A DNA stretch of 64,000 nt from Methanothrix sp. (lineage in GTDB: Archaea > Halobacteriota > Methanosarcinia > Methanotrichales > Methanotrichaceae). The notes under the pieces are model-generated. The model was not told the origin of the DNA. It searched no databases and saw only the letters and a program-made list of their open reading frames with translations. Position numbers and translations under genes: made by a program. Below are positions 57,300 to 64,000 of the stretch, piece after piece. The stretch is from positions 2,592,001-2,656,000 of the forward strand of contig OY821645.1 of assembly GCA_963682135.1 (NCBI GenBank). The letters are read 5' to 3'. Each line of letters starts with the position of its first letter. Positions within the stretch are counted from its first letter, which is position 1.

Positions 57300-57340
57300 T
57301 TTTGAATAACTCCGCCGCAAAGCTGCGGAGTTATCCAAAA
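57300..57340. terminator. Hairpin between convergent tfb and GDT1-family genes
   Basis: ATAACTCCGC/GCGGAGTTAT perfect 10-bp stem extended by TTTTG/CAAAA. Confidence 0.55.
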
Positions 57341-57353
57341 TGACAACTTTTTT

Positions 57354-57953
57354 TCAAATCATATTGACAAACGCAGATGATGTTGCGGCAGATATCAGGA
57401 ACGACAGGCCGATCAGCAAGAATAGGGCGCCGCCCGCTTTGGTAATCACTCTGCGATCGATCCGGCTGGAGAGGTACTTGCCCAGGAATATGGCCATGAT
57501 GGATAGAAGCAATAGCGCAATCATGACGCCGATGAAAACCATTCTGGGATCGTATTCTGTGGCAAAGAGGGCAGAAGCGATCTGGGTCTTATCCCCCCAC
57601 TCAGAGAGGAAGATCATGGAGAATCCAGATGCAAAGGCTCTCTTAGCGGAGAGGTTGCTCTCCTCAACATCTTCCTGACCTCCCTTTAATATCAGTATGC
57701 CAAAGAGGATAAAAACCAATCCGCTGACGAGCTTCACCAGATGTGTGGGAATGACGTCAGTCACCCATGATCCCACCAGTATGGCAATTCCATCCGCCAG
57801 AAGAAATGCCAGCATCACACCCAGGAGAAGTCGAAAGTATTCACGTGTTCGGGAAGAGAGCAGCAGAATGGACAGCTGCGTCTTGTCACCCATCTCAGCC
57901 AGCCCGACGGCCAGCAGCGGAATTATGATCTCATCAAGCGCGATTGCAGACAC
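57354..57953 (-). CDS. TMEM165/GDT1 (UPF0016) Mn/Ca transporter
   Basis: Two E-x-GDKTQ motifs (EMGDKTQ, EWGDKTQ). Confidence 0.93.
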   Translation of the reverse strand: MSAIALDEIIIPLLAVGLAEMGDKTQLSILLLSSRTREYFRLLLGVMLAFLLADGIAILVGSWVTDVIPTHLVKLVSGLVFILFGILILKGGQEDVEESNLSAKRAFASGFSMIFLSEWGDKTQIASALFATEYDPRMVFIGVMIALLLLSIMAIFLGKYLSSRIDRRVITKAGGALFLLIGLSFLISAATSSAFVNMI

Positions 57954-58113
57954 CTTTTGCCTGGTAAATTCAGGATTCTACAGGTCTGGTTGGCATTAAT
58001 AACTGTTGCGTCGCTTCACCGATTCGATAAATTCCCAATCAAGAATATGCTAAAGTTATACTGATTAGAATCTCTGGTCTCCCGGAGATGAGATCAAGCA
58101 AGCGAAAGACCAA

Positions 58114-58872
58114 ATGGAGGTCCCCAAAAAGGCCTTAGAAGACTCCAATTTGAAGGTAACGGTAAGGGCGGAGATCGCGGAAGAGACACCTGAATATGTG
58201 GTAATCAGACATGTAGCCAGGGAGGAAAATGTCTCGCTCGTGGTGATGGGGGCGAGGGGAAGAAGCATGTGGCAGGGCCTGCTCTTAGGCAGCGTCTCCA
58301 GCGGCGTTCTTCGCTATGGCGACAAAGACCTTCTCATCATGCGCTATAGGACTTTGGACGAGGAAAAAGAAGAACTGGGAAAATTCTGCTCGCGCATTTT
58401 CGAGAACGTCTTGACACCTACCGATTTCTCACCCGCAGGAAATGCAGCAATCCAGAAGATAAAAGAGGCGAAGCTCACAAACAATGTACTGCTGCTCAAT
58501 GTTGTGGCCAAGGGAGAAAAACAATCCCAGTTGGATGCGTCTCTGAAGATTGCACACGAAAAGCTAGATGAGATGAAGGCAGATCTTGCCGCAGCCGGAA
58601 TTAGCGCCAGAGCATTAGCAGTGTCCGCAGCAGCTGAAGAGCCAAGAACCTATGGCTCAGGCGGCATGGTCAAAGTAGAACCTACTCACATGGCAGCAGT
58701 AGGTGGAGTTGTCGATAGGATCCTTTCCGTAGCGGAGACGGAAGAAGCTTCCTTGATTGCATTGGGCTCTCATGGTAAGGGTTGGCTGGATGAAGTTGCC
58801 ATTGGCAGCGTAGTATCCGATGTGGCCAGGATGGGGCAGCGGCCCGTGCTCGTTGTCAGATCCAAGAAATAA
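58114..58872 (+). CDS. Tandem universal stress protein, apparently 5'-truncated
   Basis: VMGARG...LLGSVS and LGSHG...IGSV motifs; the second domain has VLTPTDFS but the first lacks it; in-frame stops lie just upstream. Confidence 0.75.
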   Translation: MEVPKKALEDSNLKVTVRAEIAEETPEYVVIRHVAREENVSLVVMGARGRSMWQGLLLGSVSSGVLRYGDKDLLIMRYRTLDEEKEELGKFCSRIFENVLTPTDFSPAGNAAIQKIKEAKLTNNVLLLNVVAKGEKQSQLDASLKIAHEKLDEMKADLAAAGISARALAVSAAAEEPRTYGSGGMVKVEPTHMAAVGGVVDRILSVAETEEASLIALGSHGKGWLDEVAIGSVVSDVARMGQRPVLVVRSKK

Positions 58873-58905
58873 ATATGCCATAATTTCCAACTTTTTTAAG
58901 AATAT

Positions 58906-59238
58906 CTAGTCAAAGCTATCCATGGCCTCTTTAAGATTATGATGTATGGAAAATATATTCGAGAGGCCCGATATATCCAATATATTTCTGACAACAGGTT
59001 GAAGTGATACTAGCCTCATTTCGCCATTTTTTGTCTTCAAGATCTTGAGGGCCGCAATGAAGACACGCAAACCTGAACTGCTTATGTACTCCGTATCGGA
59101 TAGATCAAAGATCATTCTGGAATTATTGCACATTGATTTATTGAGAAATATCTCAAGATCACTTGCAGATATTACGTCAACTCTTCCGGAGATCGCTATT
59201 AACTGGATATTATTGAGATTTTTTTCAGTTATCTTCAT
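58906..59238 (-). CDS. STAS-domain anti-anti-sigma factor-like protein
   Basis: ISGRVD, FDLSDTEYISSSGLR, ILDISGL. Confidence 0.92.
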   Translation of the reverse strand: MKITEKNLNNIQLIAISGRVDVISASDLEIFLNKSMCNNSRMIFDLSDTEYISSSGLRVFIAALKILKTKNGEMRLVSLQPVVRNILDISGLSNIFSIHHNLKEAMDSFD

Positions 59239-59265
59239 AAATTTAGTCCTAATTTTTTAATTCTT

Positions 59266-59619
59266 TTAACGCGAGACTTCAACTAACGTCAGACTCTGAA
59301 ATGCAGCTTCATCCGTAGGAAATATCTGAAACATCTTATCTAATCCTGTTATCTTAAATATATTTTGCACAAAAGGCTGCAGAGATACAAGCGGAATCGA
59401 TCCCTGATTCTGTTTCTGTCCCTTTAAAGCTGCTAACAGAACCCTTAACCCTACACTGCTGATATAGTCCACTTCCGCCAAATTAATGATTATCTTCTCT
59501 TTTCTTTCCTCAATTGCTTCTTTCAGTTTAGCCTCTAAATCCTTGGAGGTAATCGTATCGATCCTTCCTGAGATTGAGATAATATGGACATCTTCTATTA
59601 TTTTCTCAGTAATTTGCAT
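59266..59619 (-). CDS. STAS-domain anti-anti-sigma factor-like protein
   Basis: ISGRID, NLAEVDYISSVGLR, IFKITGL. Confidence 0.92.
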   Translation of the reverse strand: MQITEKIIEDVHIISISGRIDTITSKDLEAKLKEAIEERKEKIIINLAEVDYISSVGLRVLLAALKGQKQNQGSIPLVSLQPFVQNIFKITGLDKMFQIFPTDEAAFQSLTLVEVSR

Positions 59620-59655
59620 CGGCTCGCCATCCTTTCAGACTCTGTTTCTAGACAT

Positions 59656-62600
59656 TTATCCCTTTTCATATTTTATGGGGTGGAGCTTTCTATTTTTTAT
59701 CAAGACTAATCGATTTTTATTATTCTTATACTCGTATCTCATTTCATCCGTTTGTGACCTCATAAGATTTATGCCCCATCCGCCAACAGGATGATCTTGA
59801 ATATTGCCACCGTGATCTCGCTTAATAAACAGAGTAGGATCAAAGCGAGGGGCTTCATCCTCAAGAGTCACCCTGAAGAATCTGTTCCCGCAGTCAAATG
59901 TGACCCAGATAGGACCTTTTTCTTTTTTATATCCATGGTTGGTTATATTAACATACGCTTCTTCTACTGCCACCTGCAGCTCCAATATTTGTTCTCTATC
60001 AAAGCCCCTTTCAGACATCTTTTTGTCAATATAGCTAACGATCTTGGGCATATTTTCTTTGCCGGAAATCATCTTTGTCCTGCAATGGTCTTTCTGCTGA
60101 CCTATGGCCTTTATTATCATCAAAGTAATGTCATCATGCTGCTCAGTGTTTTGGCTAAACTTAGATATGTCTGCGAGTATATTATTCAAAATTTCTTTCG
60201 TCTCTAGCAGACAATTCTCTTTAATGACTTCCATGAGACGTTCTACTCCATATAGCTCTCCCTGGTTGTTCATAGCCTCTGTAATCCCATCTGTATAAAA
60301 GATAGCCATGTCACCGGAGGAGAATTTGATGCGACTTTCCTTGTATTGCGCGTCGTCAATAATACCCATGACAATTCCCATTGGTGCTTCCTCTTCAATT
60401 GTGCAGCTCGCCGATCTGAAGAGCAAAGGTGGAGGATGACCCGCATTTGCATAATGCAGCGATAAGGTCTCTCCATCCAAGACACCGTAAATTAGGGTTA
60501 CAAACATGCCTGTCGGTGCATCAGAAGCAATCATTTTGTTGGCATTCCTGGCCACCTTTGACACTTTGGACTGATTCGTGGCATTGGCTCGAATTATCGT
60601 CCTGGAGAGCGCCATGAAAATAGCTGCTGGAATGCTTTTACCCGCGACATCGGCAATTACAATACCATATTTTCCATCAGGCTGAACAATAAAATCATAA
60701 AAATCTCCGCCCACCTCCATGGCGGGAATGCTCGTCGCCTCTATCTCGAATTCAGGAATATCGGGTGTCTTTTTAGGAATGAAGCTCTTCTGGATATCTG
60801 CCGCAATATGTAATTCCGTCCTCGTTCTCTCCAATTTTTGCTCCATTTTCCTTCGTTCGGTAATGTCCTTTATGGATTCTATTGCTCCTACTCTTTCGCC
60901 TGCCTCATTGTATAGCGTTGCTGCCTTTGCTAACAGATAAGACCCAGTTGGCCCAAGACTGGGGATAAATATCTCACCTAAAACCGCATTTCCTTCTTTT
61001 TTAAATCTCGCATATTCGTTTTCAAATTGCCTGAATGGTGTTAAGACCATGTCTACCAGAATCGGTCTTCGAAATCCGTAAAAGGGCAGTGCATGCTCGT
61101 AATTGTCTTTGCCCAGCATATCATTCGCTTTGACGCCTGTAAGGCTCTCCATGGCTTTATTCCAGACCATTACCCTGCCGTCCAGATCAATAGCCAGTAT
61201 GGCATCCGGCATGAATTCAATTATTTCGGCCTGCCGTCTTTCCGACTGCTTTAGGGCTTCTTCTGCCATCTTCAGTTCAGTTATGTCCCTGCCAACAGAT
61301 TGAATCTCAATCAGAGATCCTGATTGGCCAAATATGCCATGGCTGGTCCATTGGATCCAACGTCGCCCCTCCGGCCTCATAAATAGGCTAACAAATGATA
61401 TCGTAGAGTTATCAGGCATCAGCTCGCTGACCATGTCTACCGCCGGCTGCAGATCTTCGTTTGGGATCAGACTATCAATTCCATTTCCGACTATCTTATC
61501 CTGGCTATTTGAGAAAAATCTGCAGAAGATCTCATTGCAATAGGTTATTGTTCCGTCAGTCAATGTTCTTAAAATCAAGTCCGATTGCTCTTCAACCACT
61601 GCTTTGTAGCGCTTTTCGCTATTGATGATCTCTTCATGAGCCTGCTCCAAAGCATCGAGCATCCCATTAATGGATGAGGCCAGGCCGGACAGCTCGTCCT
61701 TCCCCTGGATCATAAGGCGGGAGGCCATGTTCTGGCTCTTGCCGATCTTGGCAACTCCTGTGGTAAGGACACTCAGCCTGGATAGAACGAAACGATCCAG
61801 GAAAAGTAAAGTAAGCATGAATAGAAAAATGTCTGCCAGAGTGAATAAGATTGCAAAACTGCGCAGGCTCTTCAAACCTTGCATATAGATCGCACGTGTT
61901 GAATCTATTCTCAGTATCAATAGCGGATTACTGTATATATTGGTCAAGAGGGCATATCCTGCAATAGAGTCATTATCTAAATTCCTGACCAGCACTGAAT
62001 CATTACCTGGCAAAGAGAGTTTAGCCTCCTTGAAGTCTGGAGGCATCTTATCATCATTCAATGACTTAATTGTTATATGCAATTGAGTGGTCTTGGATAA
62101 CCTGGCAATCTCTTTATTGGTCAGAAAGCGCCCCAATACCACCCTGCCTGCAGAGGAACCGTCTCCTTTTCTCATGATTACGGGATTGGTGACTACAAGC
62201 ATGGGCTGATTGGAAATTTGAATAATCCCGGAATACTTGCTCTGTTTATCCAGGCACCCCGGACAAAATCCATAAAAGGATAATTGATCTGACAGGTCGG
62301 AGGGGATCTCCATGCGGCTTGCATTTTCGTCCAGGTATCTGATGAATGCCATTTGCCCAAAAGAATCCATGAAGAGCAGCAAGTTGATTCCCATATTGCT
62401 CAAGCTCTCATCTGCGAGTTCCTCTTGATAATTCTCAACGAATGATAGGTCATGTGCTTTAAGGAATGCAACAGTATCATTTCTGGTTGCCCAATGATCT
62501 GCCAGCCCATCCATGCTATCCAGATCATTTGATATAGCGTTTAAGGCTCTTTCAACGTCCTTATGCATCACTTCTTCTTCCAGCTTCGAAAAACCCAGAA

Positions 62601-62691
62601 ACAACTCCATTTGGGCAGTGATGTACAGGATCAGAACCACGAGGATGAGGAATACTCCCATGACAATTAGTGTCTTCTCGCGCAGATTCAT
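59656..62691 (-). CDS. Membrane sensor: CHASE4-HAMP-PAS-PAS-SpoIIE/RsbU phosphatase-RsbW-like kinase fusion
   Basis: Two TM segments flanking a CHASE4-like domain; GKDEL HAMP; two PAS (RDITE, KDITER); VGGDFYD, ADVAGK, NAGH, YTDGITEA and DDIT PP2C motifs; EEAYVNI..HG, FDP and GGWGI HATPase motifs. Confidence 0.92.
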   Translation of the reverse strand: MNLREKTLIVMGVFLILVVLILYITAQMELFLGFSKLEEEVMHKDVERALNAISNDLDSMDGLADHWATRNDTVAFLKAHDLSFVENYQEELADESLSNMGINLLLFMDSFGQMAFIRYLDENASRMEIPSDLSDQLSFYGFCPGCLDKQSKYSGIIQISNQPMLVVTNPVIMRKGDGSSAGRVVLGRFLTNKEIARLSKTTQLHITIKSLNDDKMPPDFKEAKLSLPGNDSVLVRNLDNDSIAGYALLTNIYSNPLLILRIDSTRAIYMQGLKSLRSFAILFTLADIFLFMLTLLFLDRFVLSRLSVLTTGVAKIGKSQNMASRLMIQGKDELSGLASSINGMLDALEQAHEEIINSEKRYKAVVEEQSDLILRTLTDGTITYCNEIFCRFFSNSQDKIVGNGIDSLIPNEDLQPAVDMVSELMPDNSTISFVSLFMRPEGRRWIQWTSHGIFGQSGSLIEIQSVGRDITELKMAEEALKQSERRQAEIIEFMPDAILAIDLDGRVMVWNKAMESLTGVKANDMLGKDNYEHALPFYGFRRPILVDMVLTPFRQFENEYARFKKEGNAVLGEIFIPSLGPTGSYLLAKAATLYNEAGERVGAIESIKDITERRKMEQKLERTRTELHIAADIQKSFIPKKTPDIPEFEIEATSIPAMEVGGDFYDFIVQPDGKYGIVIADVAGKSIPAAIFMALSRTIIRANATNQSKVSKVARNANKMIASDAPTGMFVTLIYGVLDGETLSLHYANAGHPPPLLFRSASCTIEEEAPMGIVMGIIDDAQYKESRIKFSSGDMAIFYTDGITEAMNNQGELYGVERLMEVIKENCLLETKEILNNILADISKFSQNTEQHDDITLMIIKAIGQQKDHCRTKMISGKENMPKIVSYIDKKMSERGFDREQILELQVAVEEAYVNITNHGYKKEKGPIWVTFDCGNRFFRVTLEDEAPRFDPTLFIKRDHGGNIQDHPVGGWGINLMRSQTDEMRYEYKNNKNRLVLIKNRKLHPIKYEKG

Positions 62692-62890
62692 ATCCCTTTT
62701 TCCTCCCGGATGAATGCCAAATCCAGAAATTTAAGCGCTGGCCAATTGATATGGATCAAAGAAGCTAATGCAATGATCCATCGGACGCAAAGTCCATACC
62801 AGACTATTGCACTTCTGCCTATTTTAACGTAATTGTTAAATATGTAATATATCCATTATATATTTTACTTCTCGTAGCACGTAGCACCTG

Positions 62891-64000
62891 ATGATTATTA
62901 TGATCTCCCCCAATACTATACAACCTATTCCCGGAACCAAGGGCATGAAGTTCTATCCTTACATTCGAAAGATAGACCTCATGTCCTCCAATTCGTTCAT
63001 ACTATCAGGCGAAGATCAAATCGCACTAATAGATCCCGGTGCCCTGGAAGACCAGCTCGACTGCCTTGCAGAGATCGTTGCGATTATGCTCAGTGAGAAG
63101 CCTAGGCCGGTGATCGTATATCTGACCCATGCTCATTTGGACCATTGTTTTCAATTAAATCGTCTCAGAAGGATCAAAAATCTGGGCAACATTGCAGTGG
63201 CGGCTCAGGAGATTGGAGCAGATGCTCTGATAAGGCAGGACGCAGAATTGACTCTGGCAGGCCTTCTCGGGAAAGAAATGGCTCCCATTACCGTCGATAT
63301 CAAACTGCTTTCCAGAATGGATCTTCTTATTGGCGGAGCGCTCGAGATTGAATTAAATGGGTGGAAGTTCTCCTATTATGTAGACTCCATCAAAATACGT
63401 TATGGTCCTGTACTGCAAAGCCAAACAATCTCAATGGGCAATGGGAACTTGCTTGAGATATACTCCATCCCCGGTCACAGCCCGGACAGCCTATGCCTGA
63501 GGGTTGGGGGTCTGCTTTTTACCGGAGATCTTTTCTTCGCCCCTAATCCGGGAATGGCAGGAGCATACGGCTGGAATCAGTCTGCCTTAATAAAATCAAT
63601 TTATAAAATCATGTGGATCCTTGAAAAAAGGAATATCAGCTATTGCTGCTCCGGACATGGCCGAATTGTCGATGTCGATACGGCATGGAATACTCTGCGA
63701 TCCATGTATCAGGATGCACTTTCCCTCTCCGGCCTGGAGGAAATCACCCAGCATTGGGCCAGGAATACTGCAATTTATGCCGAAGATTTGATGAGAGAGC
63801 TGGAGAGGCTTTTTACTATAATAATTGGCAGATTGGCTTATGTCTCCCAAGTGCTCGAATGGCTGGAAGAAAGTGGGGATGCAGATGACATGCATAAACT
63901 CATTAATGTAACTAAAATTGATGAGCTTTTCTTTGAATTCAACTGCTTTGTGGAGGAATTGCATATGGGCAAGAAGCTTGATTGGGATTTGGTGCACAAA
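62891..64000 (+). CDS. MBL-fold metallohydrolase with long helical C-terminal extension, running off the window edge
   Basis: Manual translation is open from ATG 62891 to the end; IDPG, THAHLDH, PGHSPDS, FTGD and SGHG motifs, then a helical region. Confidence 0.85.
   Translation, partial: MIIMISPNTIQPIPGTKGMKFYPYIRKIDLMSSNSFILSGEDQIALIDPGALEDQLDCLAEIVAIMLSEKPRPVIVYLTHAHLDHCFQLNRLRRIKNLGNIAVAAQEIGADALIRQDAELTLAGLLGKEMAPITVDIKLLSRMDLLIGGALEIELNGWKFSYYVDSIKIRYGPVLQSQTISMGNGNLLEIYSIPGHSPDSLCLRVGGLLFTGDLFFAPNPGMAGAYGWNQSALIKSIYKIMWILEKRNISYCCSGHGRIVDVDTAWNTLRSMYQDALSLSGLEEITQHWARNTAIYAEDLMRELERLFTIIIGRLAYVSQVLEWLEESGDADDMHKLINVTKIDELFFEFNCFVEELHMGKKLDWDLVHK

Noticed and set aside
58051-58113. Pyrrolysine readthrough of the in-frame TAG upstream of the USP gene
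   Set aside because: An in-frame TAA lies five codons further upstream and no USP N-terminal motif is recovered

Overview
This is an archaeal chromosomal window, most consistent with Methanothrix (Methanosaeta). The evidence is archaeal spt5/rpl11/rpl1/rplP0/rpl12, homodimeric tRNA-splicing endonuclease, an intron-containing tRNA-Arg(UCG), mch, gar1-tfb and Methanosarcinales-type S-layer proteins. Accessory loci lie between the housekeeping blocks: (i) a metallophosphoesterase-NB-ARC-TPR (NLR/STAND-like) gene coupled to an MBL-fold hydrolase, bracketed by ~30-bp inverted REP-like arms; (ii) a bacterial-style partner-switching module (CHASE4-HAMP-PAS-PP2C phosphatase-RsbW kinase fusion plus two STAS proteins, with a divergent extended MBL protein) in a lineage without sigma factors; (iii) a divergent pair of bacterial-type arginine decarboxylase SpeA and a deoxyhypusine-synthase-like gene, with a candidate leader peptide; (iv) an LGFP-repeat metzincin plus a HEAT-repeat protein; (v) a tnpB-only IS200/IS605 element with both ends; (vi) an ~8-kb AT-rich surface-protein insert between mtnA and mtnP. 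There are also several small unannotated ORFs, a candidate L1-binding leader and a cytosine deaminase pseudogene with a microhomology-type internal deletion. No CRISPR array or rRNA was seen. All family calls are by-eye motif recognition, not database searches.
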